Assembly (NCBI GenBank): GCA_037140155.1
Contig: JBAXFA010000001.1
Location: 36,724 to 100,723, forward strand
Direction: 5' to 3'
From: Actinomycetota bacterium
GTDB taxonomy: Bacteria > Actinomycetota > Actinomycetes > Nanopelagicales > Nanopelagicaceae
DNA: 64,000 nt
Shown here: piece after piece, positions 1 through 8,937 of the stretch
Layout: each line of letters opens with the position of its first letter
How positions within the stretch are numbered: position 1 is the stretch's first letter
Translations under genes and position numbers: made by a program
Notes under the pieces: generated by a model
What the model was told of the DNA's origin: nothing
The model's input: only the letters and a program-made list of their open reading frames with translations
Database searches by the model: none

Positions 1-1306
1 CGTGATAATCATCTACCAAAGGCATTTGCCAGACCAGATCACCAGAGCGTTGCCCTGCCTCATAAAAACTCTTCGCCAATTTTTCATCGCGGGTATACAT
101 CGCTGCATGTTGTCGCCCTAGACCTAACGTGGCAGAACCAGTCAAAGTGGCAATATCGATTATGTAATCTGGATTCAAATTCTTATCGGCATAGGCCAGG
201 CCATCTGCCAAAACCAATCTGCCTTCAGCATCTGTATCTAAAACTTCTACAGTTTTGCCGCCATATTGGGTGATTACATCGCTCGGACGTTGTGAAGTTC
301 CAGAGAGAGCATTCTCAGCGAGCATCATCAAAACAGTTACTTTTATCTGAGGTTGAAAATGTGTGAGCGCACTTATCGCACCTAGGGCAGCGGCAGAGCC
401 CGCCATATCCGATTTCATCGGTGCCATAATTGGGTAAGGGCGCTTTAAAGAGATGCCGCCTGTATCAAATGTGATTCCTTTACCAACAATAACTACATGT
501 GTGAGGGCGCCGGCATTCTTCTTCCCTGACATTGGAATATATGTGACTTCAACAAATCTTGGACCTGGCTTTGGTGATGAATTTCCGACAGCGCGCAGCC
601 CTCCAAATTCAGCTAAATCTTTACCTGCCAGAACTCGAATTTCCAAACCGTTCTCTGCGGCAATCTTCACTGCTTCATCTGCGACCCAAAGTGGGCTCTT
701 TATATTTGAAGGTGTGTGAATCAAATCCCGCGTGCGTGAAATTGCGCTGGCGATAACGCCGGCTTCAATAATTGCTTCTGGCTTTTCGGTAGCAAATAAA
801 AATTGCGGCAGCTCTTGAGTTGCGCCGGTCTTCTGCGTCCAAACATATGCTCCAAGTTGAACCGATATGGCAAATGCTTTTAATTGGTCATGATTGGCCA
901 CACAAATTGTTGAGATAACTAGTGCCTTGCTGCGACCTTTACGGCCAAGCGCCGCACCTGCTTGGCGTAATGAAGGAGTTGTGCCATCGCCTAGCCCAAT
1001 TAAGTAAATTCGATCGGCTTGCATCTGATCAGATGCAACTGGAATTTCAAATAGTTCGCCAGGTTTTCCAGATGCAGAGAAGAATTCGAGTTCATCTCTA
1101 AGATTTAAATCAAATAACTTCTCCAACTTTTTAATAAGCGCGCTATGAGCTGGAAAATCAAAAGAGGTAGAACTACCTTCGGAAGTTACTTTAAAGCCGA
1201 CCGCGATCGCCTGCGAATCTGCGAGCGCCTCTAGCGATACCTCTACCGGGCTAAGCAGTGAGGCGGAGAATTTCGGCAGATTTTTAACCGCTGTCTTGGT
1301 AGCCAT
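1..1306 (-). CDS. pepA: leucyl aminopeptidase (peptidase M17); C-terminal end runs off the window
   Basis: Absent from the ORF track because no stop lies in the window. My translation from the ATG (rc of cat 1304-1306) gives MATKTAVKNLPKF... It contains the M17 signatures VGKGITFDTGGISLK, MKSDMAGSAA and DTDAEGRLVLADGLAYA. Confidence 0.9.
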   Translation of the reverse strand, partial: MATKTAVKNLPKFSASLLSPVEVSLEALADSQAIAVGFKVTSEGSSTSFDFPAHSALIKKLEKLFDLNLRDELEFFSASGKPGELFEIPVASDQMQADRIYLIGLGDGTTPSLRQAGAALGRKGRSKALVISTICVANHDQLKAFAISVQLGAYVWTQKTGATQELPQFLFATEKPEAIIEAGVIASAISRTRDLIHTPSNIKSPLWVADEAVKIAAENGLEIRVLAGKDLAEFGGLRAVGNSSPKPGPRFVEVTYIPMSGKKNAGALTHVVIVGKGITFDTGGISLKRPYPIMAPMKSDMAGSAAALGAISALTHFQPQIKVTVLMMLAENALSGTSQRPSDVITQYGGKTVEVLDTDAEGRLVLADGLAYADKNLNPDYIIDIATLTGSATLGLGRQHAAMYTRDEKLAKSFYEAGQRSGDLVWQMPLVDDYH

Positions 1307-1400
1307 GATTGCCAAAGGCTATCTAGTGCCGGGGCAGAATGCGCCGCAGACGGCTAGAAAAATGAGAGGAAAATGAAAGGGAAAAATGAGTTGAGTTGAA

Positions 1401-1580
1401 TTACTTCTTAATTAAAGCAACCGCAGCTTCAAGGGCGGCGCTGAGATTATTGGCTTCTTGCGCATTTAATTCGACCACTAGGCGTCCCCCACCTTCAAGT
1501 GGAATACGCATAACTAGCGAGCGCGCTTCCTTGGTTACTTCCATCGGTCCATCGCCAGTACGAGGTTTCATGGCTGCCAT
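1401..1580 (-). CDS. DUF3117-family small conserved actinobacterial protein (59 aa)
   Basis: Below the 60-aa track cutoff. My translation is MAAMKPRTGDGPMEVTKEARSLVMRIPLEGGGRLVVELNAQEANNLSAALEAAVALIKK. A GGAG lies upstream of the ATG. It closely resembles the conserved mycobacterial/streptomycete DUF3117 sequence as I recall it. Confidence 0.8.
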   Translation of the reverse strand: MAAMKPRTGDGPMEVTKEARSLVMRIPLEGGGRLVVELNAQEANNLSAALEAAVALIKK

Positions 1581-1737
1581 TGGGAAGTCTCCTTTAATGC
1601 CTATTTACTGCCTAGGGCCCGTGAGCCATCTTCGACTACACGAATTTCTACAGGGTATTTGCAGGGGGTAAGTATCTCGCATATTTGGCTAGGTATGAAA
1701 TCGGCCAAGTGAGCCCCTTAAATCAGACTGAGCCTGT

Positions 1738-1932
1738 CTATTTAACTCCCAATAGAGCGGTAATCCGCGCCTTGCCAGATGCCATGACCGCTACAACAGA
1801 TTTTTCAGGTACGCCGAGCATCTGAGCAATCTCAACGCTTGGAAGTGATCGCAAATAATGTAGTGACAAGATGATTCGTTCTTCCTCCGGCAACTGCGCC
1901 AAGGCATCCGTTAGGGATAAGGGCGCGGTCAT
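1738..1932 (-). CDS. small stand-alone sigma-70 region-4-like HTH protein (64 aa)
   Basis: Track ORF 1738..1998, trimmed to the internal ATG at 1932 so it no longer overlaps the upstream gene that ends at 1943. LPEEERIILSLHYLRSLPSVEIAQMLGVPEKSVVAVMASGKARI matches the sigma region 4.2 pattern. Confidence 0.6.
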   Translation of the reverse strand: MTAPLSLTDALAQLPEEERIILSLHYLRSLPSVEIAQMLGVPEKSVVAVMASGKARITALLGVK

Positions 1933-1942
1933 GGGTGCAAGG

Positions 1943-2398
1943 TTACTCGGGTGGGCGTAGTGATGTGGAGAGGCGAGCCAGCGATATCCGCACACCAAGC
2001 CATAGAAATGGATAGATCGCTAAGAATTGTAGGCGGGAACACTCAATATCTTCTGACCAATTAAATTTAGTCGCGTTTTCAGAAATCTTAACTAGCTCAA
2101 AAGTGCCCGTGCCCTTTAGGACCTTACCGGTATGTAAAACATCGCAACGTACTGGTGGTTGCCAGTTAGTTACAACCATTGTATCTAGCAGACCAACTTT
2201 AGAAAATTTTGGATAACTCTTATAAAACGGTCCAGTAAAGGCGGCGATCGAAGTGCCAACTCCTTCTCGAATTTGTGATGTTACCCAAACTTTACTTTGC
2301 AACATCCAATTGCCCTGACCTTCCCAGTCTGCAATCGCTTGCCAAGCGCGCAACTGATTACAGGGCAGTGTTAAAGAGATTGCAATTCTATGGCTCAT
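1943..2398 (-). CDS. SRPBCC (START/polyketide-cyclase-like) family protein
   Basis: 151-aa ORF. Length and pattern fit small SRPBCC ligand-binding proteins. There is no catalytic motif to pin it down. Confidence 0.55.
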   Translation of the reverse strand: MSHRIAISLTLPCNQLRAWQAIADWEGQGNWMLQSKVWVTSQIREGVGTSIAAFTGPFYKSYPKFSKVGLLDTMVVTNWQPPVRCDVLHTGKVLKGTGTFELVKISENATKFNWSEDIECSRLQFLAIYPFLWLGVRISLARLSTSLRPPE

Positions 2399-2413
2399 AT
2401 ATTTCAGTATCTT

Positions 2414-2950
2414 TTATTTGCCTGCGGCGATATCAAGAGCTTCGTCCACGTTTCTTGCCCAATGCAGAAGTTCACGTTGACCAGGTTTTACAAAACCATG
2501 CTCTTCTAGGTGGTCGATTAGAGTTGCAAGTGGCGCATATAAATCATATGGATCAAGGACGATCACCGGCTTTGTATGAAATTTTAGGAAACGACCTACC
2601 CAAATTTCGAATAACTCTTCCAGGGTGCCGATTCCACCTGGTAGCGCGATAAAGGCATCTGATAAATCCTCAATCATCGCCTTGCGGTTACGCATCGAAT
2701 CAACTACATGTAACTCGTCGCACTCTTTATCGGCGAATTCGATATCCACTAAGCGCTGCGGGATAACGCCGATAGTTTTTCCGCCAGATGTTCGTGCGCC
2801 ACGTGAGACCGCGCCCATCGCAGAGATATGGCCACCACCTGATACCAATTCCCAGGATCTTGCCGCAATTGCCGCGCCAAGGTCGTGCGCCAACTCAATA
2901 TATTTTGGATCGATAGTCTGTGATGAAGAGCAATAAACGGCGATACGCAT
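2414..2950 (-). CDS. LOG family protein (TIGR00730-type nucleotide phosphoribohydrolase)
   Basis: 178 aa, with the LOG signatures SGGGHISAMGAV and PGGIGTLEELFE. Confidence 0.85.
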   Translation of the reverse strand: MRIAVYCSSSQTIDPKYIELAHDLGAAIAARSWELVSGGGHISAMGAVSRGARTSGGKTIGVIPQRLVDIEFADKECDELHVVDSMRNRKAMIEDLSDAFIALPGGIGTLEELFEIWVGRFLKFHTKPVIVLDPYDLYAPLATLIDHLEEHGFVKPGQRELLHWARNVDEALDIAAGK

Positions 2951-2980
2951 GAGCCAAAGGATAGGGGTTAGGCTTATCGC

Positions 2981-3919
2981 ATGTCTTCGTCAAAGCAAGC
3001 ACCCACCGGGCTGGCATCCGGCCACGGAATAGCGACTTTATCTGGCACAACTGTCCTCGATGTCTGGTTTCCTAACCCTGCTCTTGGTGCGCTAATTGGT
3101 CAACCTGCTGCAAATCTGACATCACTTGTTGGAGTTGATGAAATACGCAAAGTTACACGCGAGATCATCTCTATTGAAATCGATTTGGCGCAGGCTCCAC
3201 AATCTGCAGCAGATGCATATCTTCGACTTCACTTACTTTCGCACCGCCTGGTAAAACCACATGGTGCAGTAATGGATGGAATATTTGGTTTATTAACTAA
3301 TGTGGTTTGGACATCAGCTGGGCCATGTGCGGTAGATGGATTTGAAGATGTTCGAGCTAGTTTGCGCGCTAAATATGGACATATCACAGTCTTTAGCGTT
3401 GATAAATTCCCGCGAATGGTTGATTACATAATTCCTTCTGGCGTTCGAGTCGCAGATGCCGATCGTGTTCGCTTGGGTGCACATTTAGCCCCGGGCACTA
3501 CGGTCATGCATGAAGGCTTCGTAAACTTCAATGCTGGCACTCTGGGTGCTTCTATGGTTGAAGGTCGTATCTCATCTGGCGTAGTCGTAGGTGACGGAAG
3601 CGATGTAGGTGGTGGTGCATCCATTATGGGAACGCTAAGTGGTGGTGGAAAAGAAGTTATCTCAATTGGCGAAAAGTGTTTACTTGGAGCCAACTCAGGG
3701 CTGGGTATTTCACTAGGTAATAACTGTGTAATCGAAGCCGGAACTTATATAACTGCAGCTGCAAAGGTACGCCTGCCAGATGGAGAAATTGTTAAGGCTG
3801 GTGCACTCTCCGGGGCTAGCGATCTACTTTTCAGACGCAATTCGCTGGATGGATCTTTAGAAGTAGTTGCTCGCACTGGTACATGGGGCGGACTTAACTC
3901 GATACTTCACGCAAACTAA
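2981..3919 (+). CDS. dapD: 2,3,4,5-tetrahydropyridine-2,6-dicarboxylate N-succinyltransferase
   Basis: 312 aa. Actinobacterial long-form DapD layout, with C-terminal left-handed beta-helix hexapeptide repeats (GVVVGDGSDVGGGASIMG..). Confidence 0.85.
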   Translation: MSSSKQAPTGLASGHGIATLSGTTVLDVWFPNPALGALIGQPAANLTSLVGVDEIRKVTREIISIEIDLAQAPQSAADAYLRLHLLSHRLVKPHGAVMDGIFGLLTNVVWTSAGPCAVDGFEDVRASLRAKYGHITVFSVDKFPRMVDYIIPSGVRVADADRVRLGAHLAPGTTVMHEGFVNFNAGTLGASMVEGRISSGVVVGDGSDVGGGASIMGTLSGGGKEVISIGEKCLLGANSGLGISLGNNCVIEAGTYITAAAKVRLPDGEIVKAGALSGASDLLFRRNSLDGSLEVVARTGTWGGLNSILHAN

Positions 3920-5163
3920 GCGAGGATAGAAAACCAGGCAGAAGGTAATTTACTTCGACTTCTAAAAGTTTCGCCTGTTAAAACGACAGTTACTCCAGAC
4001 GAAGACGTAGCCTGAATTAGATCAACGGTTCCAACTGGGTTGATTGAAAGAACCTGCAGTGTTGCTACATCTGACAGCAAGAAAGCAGCTGCAATAACCG
4101 ATTGTGGAATCTGTCTTATCCATTTTGCAAATAGCGGATTTAAAGTCATATCGGCACTTGCTGTATCAGGCACGCTCTGCGTATATGGCAAAGCTGTCCC
4201 CCATGCATGTTCTGAAGTCTCAGTCGCTCCGCCTGTAGATGAAGTGAAATATGCAGTGATCGGTGCACCTTGGTAGGTAACAATTTGGCCTTGGGTGCTA
4301 TCAACTGCAGCCTTCCAAAGTTGGCCAAACTTAGGCTCGCCTTCTTTGGCGTAGCCGACAAAAGTTTGATCGCTGATCGAGTTGTACAGGTGGCAATCAC
4401 AGGCGCTGCGCACTTTCCCCGATTTAGCTAAGGCGAAAGTTCTAGAGGCGATAGCTTGCGCTTGCAACGCTGCCACAGGCCACGAAGAAGGTACTTCGCT
4501 TACCCCCCATAAATACTCATCCTGCAGTCTTACTGAATTAATAACCTCTAGTCGCTTGCCTAAAACTTTATCTTTTATAACTTTAAATTGAATCTGTCCG
4601 TGGCGATATCTATTGATCGTCGAGTTGGTTGTAACCGAGAGAATTGTTGGCACTCCCTCTAAATAACGAGTTCCACTCCAGCGAAGGGTAAAGACCATTC
4701 CAGATGAGATTTGAGTAGTTTTTGAAGCGCGTGTGGTGGAGATTAGCAACTGCCCATTGGATAAAGTCACATTCAAGGTGGTCTTACTTGGGATAGTTAG
4801 CAAGGGTGTTGAAGTATGCGTCTCTGCTAAATCTCCAACATAAAGTTGCAGGGCTGCACCGGCAGATGTGCTTACAACTTTAGTCGATGTTAATAAGTGG
4901 CCAATATTTACGCGCAGAATCTGGGTATCTGTTGCGGTTTCGACGGAAGTTCCGGTGTAGTAATAATTTAAAATCGCAGTTGCCGATTCTCCAGCTAGCG
5001 CTTTAGCGCGCGCCCCAATCTGACTCAGTCCAACGCCATGGCCGTAACCGCTGCCTGTAAATGAAAAGTTTGGAGGAACTTCATCTGCCTTTGCCGACGG
5101 CGAAAATGTGGTGATAAAAAGAAGTGCAGCTAAAGCGGTCGCTACTTTTTTAAACATCCTCAT
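3916..5163 (-). CDS. SpoIID/LytB-domain secreted protein
   Basis: GYGHGVGLSQIGA SpoIID signature. Start trimmed to MRMFKKVATALAALLFITTFSPSAKA (signal peptide), which removes the overlap with the upstream ABC ATPase gene. Confidence 0.8.
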   Translation of the reverse strand: MRMFKKVATALAALLFITTFSPSAKADEVPPNFSFTGSGYGHGVGLSQIGARAKALAGESATAILNYYYTGTSVETATDTQILRVNIGHLLTSTKVVSTSAGAALQLYVGDLAETHTSTPLLTIPSKTTLNVTLSNGQLLISTTRASKTTQISSGMVFTLRWSGTRYLEGVPTILSVTTNSTINRYRHGQIQFKVIKDKVLGKRLEVINSVRLQDEYLWGVSEVPSSWPVAALQAQAIASRTFALAKSGKVRSACDCHLYNSISDQTFVGYAKEGEPKFGQLWKAAVDSTQGQIVTYQGAPITAYFTSSTGGATETSEHAWGTALPYTQSVPDTASADMTLNPLFAKWIRQIPQSVIAAAFLLSDVATLQVLSINPVGTVDLIQATSSSGVTVVLTGETFRSRSKLPSAWFSILA

Positions 5164-5965
5164 TTGCTGCCGCGCTCTTTCCAGCGTTGGTAAATTTTTG
5201 ATATTGCGCAATGACATCTGCAGGGTTACCGCGGGCCATTAGCTTTCCTTTATGGAGCCATGCCACTTCATTGCAAACATCTTCAATAGTCGCCATCGCA
5301 TGGCTCACTAAAATTAGCGCGCGGTCAGCCGAACGGAGTTCTTTGATGCGATTTAAACTCTTCTCTTTAAAATGAGCATCACCAGTACTTAGAGCTTCAT
5401 CAACAATTAAAATATCGGGTTGAACTGTTGCAGCTACAGAAAATGCCAATCGCGCAAACATTCCAGAAGAGTAAGTACGCATAGGCGCATCTATTGCATC
5501 GCCAAGTTCAGAGAAATCCGCGATGGCAGCAAATTGGCGATCGATCTCAGCTCGTGACATACCGGCTGCAAGGCCACCTAAATAAACATTAGCCCGACCG
5601 GTCATAGAAGGGTTAAAGCCAACTCCCAGAGCAAGTAAGGTGCTAACAGATCCATAAACTTCTACCCGTCCAGTTGTTGGTGGAACGATTCCGGAAATTA
5701 CGCGCATTAGCGAAGATTTACCTGCTCCATTTGAGCCGATTACACCAAGGACTGTTCCGTAATGAACATCTAGATTTACTTCGTGAAGGGCTTGAACAAC
5801 TCTGGTGTGTTTCTTGCCCCGACCCAGTGACTTCAAGCGCGCTTTTAAAGTTGGACGTTTATCAATTGAGGTTGTGTAAGTAAGTCCAATGTTCTGAACT
5901 GAAACCGCCAGTCCGTGCTTGGCGTGATTTGAATTAAGTGAGTTAGAGGCGGACAGCGAAATCAC
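5150..5965 (-). CDS. ABC transporter ATP-binding protein, polysaccharide/teichoic-acid export type (Wzt/TagH-like)
   Basis: Walker A GSNGAGKSSL, the YSSGM signature typical of TagH/Wzt, and Walker B ILIVDE. Confidence 0.85.
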   Translation of the reverse strand: MISLSASNSLNSNHAKHGLAVSVQNIGLTYTTSIDKRPTLKARLKSLGRGKKHTRVVQALHEVNLDVHYGTVLGVIGSNGAGKSSLMRVISGIVPPTTGRVEVYGSVSTLLALGVGFNPSMTGRANVYLGGLAAGMSRAEIDRQFAAIADFSELGDAIDAPMRTYSSGMFARLAFSVAATVQPDILIVDEALSTGDAHFKEKSLNRIKELRSADRALILVSHAMATIEDVCNEVAWLHKGKLMARGNPADVIAQYQKFTNAGKSAAANEDV

Positions 5966-6770
5966 GCTCCCTCGCCAAGAAGAAATAAGTGCCGATTATA
6001 AAAATTGCTAACGCCCAGATAAAACTATGGATTAGTGAGAACATATCTGGCGCCTTGGCATAGACCATTACCTGTGACCAGGAATCTAGTAGGTAGAAAA
6101 GCGGATTAACTATTTCGACGCTTTTAAGCTTGGGTGACATATCCGCAACTTGATAGAGAATCGGCGACAAGTAAAGCAAGCTACGAGTGAGATATGGAAG
6201 GAAGCTGGCGATATCTCGGAAATATACATTTATACAAGAGATCAGGATCGCCATTCCTAGCCCCATAAATAGCGCAATTAGAATGACTGGCAGCGCCCAT
6301 AGCATCTGCCATGAAACTGGCAAGCCAAGCAAAGTTCGAATGACTAGAAAAACGGCCAAGGTTGGTGCAAATCTAAATAGCGCGACTACGCTGGCTGAGA
6401 TCGGCAACATTATTCGCGGGAAAGCAGTATTTAAAATCAAACGTTGTCCAGCGGTAATTGATTTAACGCCGCCACTGAGGCTATTACTGATTAAATAAAA
6501 TAAGAAAAGACAGGCAGTTAAGTGACCGTATCTAGTTAAATCTCTGTGCCCACCAATTATAAATATCAATAAAAAATAGACACCGGAAAGTAAGAGTGGG
6601 TTAAGAACCAACCAAACTTGGCCAAAGACAGAACCGTAGTTCTGTTCGCGAAGTTCTGAGCGAGAGAATTCGGCGATAAAGGAGCGACGCGCCCAGAGTG
6701 CGCGCAGGTAAGCCCCAAGTGGCGGCATGCCGGCACGGAAGGGTTCGTAAATTACAACTGGTGCGCTCAT
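5943..6770 (-). CDS. ABC-2 type polysaccharide export permease (Wzm/TagG-like)
   Basis: 275 aa, about six hydrophobic helices, and immediately upstream of and overlapping the Wzt-like ATPase gene. Confidence 0.8.
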   Translation of the reverse strand: MSAPVVIYEPFRAGMPPLGAYLRALWARRSFIAEFSRSELREQNYGSVFGQVWLVLNPLLLSGVYFLLIFIIGGHRDLTRYGHLTACLFLFYLISNSLSGGVKSITAGQRLILNTAFPRIMLPISASVVALFRFAPTLAVFLVIRTLLGLPVSWQMLWALPVILIALFMGLGMAILISCINVYFRDIASFLPYLTRSLLYLSPILYQVADMSPKLKSVEIVNPLFYLLDSWSQVMVYAKAPDMFSLIHSFIWALAIFIIGTYFFLARERDFAVRL

Positions 6771-6781
6771 ATAGGTAAAGG

Positions 6782-7765
6782 CTACCGCAGCGCTTTAGTT
6801 GAGGTGATAAAGCCCGCGCCCCACGCGAAGTGCATAGTAGGAATTATCGCAAACAATAAAATGAATTCACGCGGAGATTTCGCAATAAAGATGGCAGCGA
6901 TCACGACAAATAGACCATAAATGAAGGCTGGCAGATAAAAGAGTGGATTGATTGCGAGCCCCATAAAAAGCGATGCGATTGTTCCGACCAACGCAAATGG
7001 CGGTGCCAGATATCGTAAATTTATAGTTCCCGAATGGCTGCGGGAAACAACGCGGCGCCATCGTCCGTATTGAAAATATTGTTTTGCTAGTTTCTTTAAA
7101 TCCGGCCGTGGTCTATAGATAACTTGTAGCCGAGGATCGAAGTAAATCTTTCCCCCGTTTTTACGGAGTCTGTAATTTAACTCCCAATCTTGGGCACGGG
7201 TATATCTCTCATCAAATCCTCCCACGGCGTTAATGGCTTCGCGACGAAATGCGCCTAAGTAAACGGTATCTACTTCCCCGGCAGCACCGCCGGTATGAAA
7301 GCGCGAGGCGCCAACACCTAGTCGACTGCGCATGGCGCGCGCTACTGCAATTTCAAATTTAGTAACTCCATCTGCTGCCATTACTCCACCGACATTGACA
7401 GCGCCAGATGTTCTTAAAATCTCAACTGCAAGAGAGAGATAGTTATTTGGAATCTTGGCATGTCCGTCGACTCGCACAATGATTGGGCTCACCGATGTTG
7501 CGATTGCCAGATTTAATCCAGCTGCAGTTTTTCCGGTTGGATTTGCCACTAATTTAATGCGCTGATCTTTGGATGCTAAAGCGCGAGCAATCTCATCAGT
7601 GCGATCTCGCGATGGTCCAAGAGCGAGAATTACTTCAAAGGCTCCTGAGTAATCCTGAGAAAGAATAGCCGCGACAGATTCTGCTAAATGTGGCTCTTCA
7701 TTAAGAACTGGGAGGATGACGCTTACCGCCGGTGAGGCAGATAACTCGCCAAGTGATGTCGACAT
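6782..7765 (-). CDS. glycosyltransferase family 2 with C-terminal membrane helices
   Basis: N-terminal VSVILPVLNEEPHL GT-A start, a DxD-type region, and a hydrophobic C-terminal third. Confidence 0.8.
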   Translation of the reverse strand: MSTSLGELSASPAVSVILPVLNEEPHLAESVAAILSQDYSGAFEVILALGPSRDRTDEIARALASKDQRIKLVANPTGKTAAGLNLAIATSVSPIIVRVDGHAKIPNNYLSLAVEILRTSGAVNVGGVMAADGVTKFEIAVARAMRSRLGVGASRFHTGGAAGEVDTVYLGAFRREAINAVGGFDERYTRAQDWELNYRLRKNGGKIYFDPRLQVIYRPRPDLKKLAKQYFQYGRWRRVVSRSHSGTINLRYLAPPFALVGTIASLFMGLAINPLFYLPAFIYGLFVVIAAIFIAKSPREFILLFAIIPTMHFAWGAGFITSTKALR

Positions 7766-7801
7766 AACCCCTCCACGCTATCGCCCAAGTAGAGTTCGCA
7801 T

Positions 7802-8914
7802 GTGAAATCGACGGGCGCAATACGGATTATTACATCACTCTCTGTGGGAGTAATCGTTCTTGCTTCAGTGTCTTGGCTCGGGCTTGGCCACGTCAGCGCA
7901 AAGATTGCGCGCATCAACGTCTTTGCTGGCCTAGATAACAGACCAGAAAAAACTTCACAAGCTGTTAATTATCTTTTAGTTGGATCAGATACACGTGAAG
8001 GCCTTACTAAAGAGCAGATGAAGTTACTGCGTGTTGGCAGCACCGCATCAGCGGCCGGCGGTCGTTCTGACACAATGCTCTTGGTTCATATAAGTAAGAA
8101 GCGAGATAAAGCGTTCTTGGTTTCGCTGCCACGTGACACCCTTGTAACGATACCGGCACATACAACACTTGATGGAAAATCACAGATTCCAGCTCGCCAG
8201 AATAAATTAAATGCGGCATTTTCATTCGGTGGCGCTCCTTTACTTATTCAGACAGTTGAGGGTGCGACAAATTTAAAGATTGATCATTACATCGAAATTA
8301 GCTTCGCTGGCTTTGCTGGGATTGTTGATGCTTTGGGTGGTATTGATGTGTGTACCAAAGTTAATATTGATGATCCAAAGAGCCACTTAGTACTTGCCGC
8401 CGGCACCCATACCCTAGATGGAATAGAGGCTCTGAAATACGTTCGCACTCGCGACTTCGATGGGCGCGGTGATATTGGGCGCATGCAACGTCAGCAACAA
8501 TTCTTGAGTTCGGTTTTAAAGAAAGCTACAAGTACTGGTGTGCTATTAAATCCAATCAAAATCGTCAATTTTATGAATGCTTCGCTGTCGACGATTAAAA
8601 TGGATGAAAATTTAAATGAGAGTGACCTGATCAATCTTGCCAAACAAATGCGTGGTCTTTCCTCAGGAAATGTGCGAACCTTGACGGTTCCCCTATCAAA
8701 TGCCAATGGCAACGTTCCGGGAATTGGTTCGGTTGTTGTTTGGGATGAAACTTTGAGCGCTGAACTTTGGACTCGTATTCGCGATGATTCAGCGCTAGTT
8801 GATGAAGTAACGCCTTCACCCTCTGCCAGTAGCACCGTAAAAGCTACGCCTGTAATAGTCGATAAATTTAAGACTCGCACTGCTGCAGAAAATCCGTGCG
8901 GCGCCATTAAATAG
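7802..8914 (+). CDS. LCP (LytR-CpsA-Psr) family cell-wall glycopolymer ligase
   Basis: GTG start and an N-terminal TM helix. NYLLVGSDTR...GRSDTMLLVHI...SLPRDT is the LCP core. Confidence 0.85.
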   Translation: MKSTGAIRIITSLSVGVIVLASVSWLGLGHVSAKIARINVFAGLDNRPEKTSQAVNYLLVGSDTREGLTKEQMKLLRVGSTASAAGGRSDTMLLVHISKKRDKAFLVSLPRDTLVTIPAHTTLDGKSQIPARQNKLNAAFSFGGAPLLIQTVEGATNLKIDHYIEISFAGFAGIVDALGGIDVCTKVNIDDPKSHLVLAAGTHTLDGIEALKYVRTRDFDGRGDIGRMQRQQQFLSSVLKKATSTGVLLNPIKIVNFMNASLSTIKMDENLNESDLINLAKQMRGLSSGNVRTLTVPLSNANGNVPGIGSVVVWDETLSAELWTRIRDDSALVDEVTPSPSASSTVKATPVIVDKFKTRTAAENPCGAIK

Positions 8915-8937
8915 AACGTGCCTTAGACTCTGAAACT

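Noticed and set aside
1396-1671. 91-aa plus-strand ORF in the track.
   Set aside because: It has a TTG start, no SD and a low-complexity sequence. The opposite strand encodes the highly conserved 59-aa DUF3117 protein with an SD.
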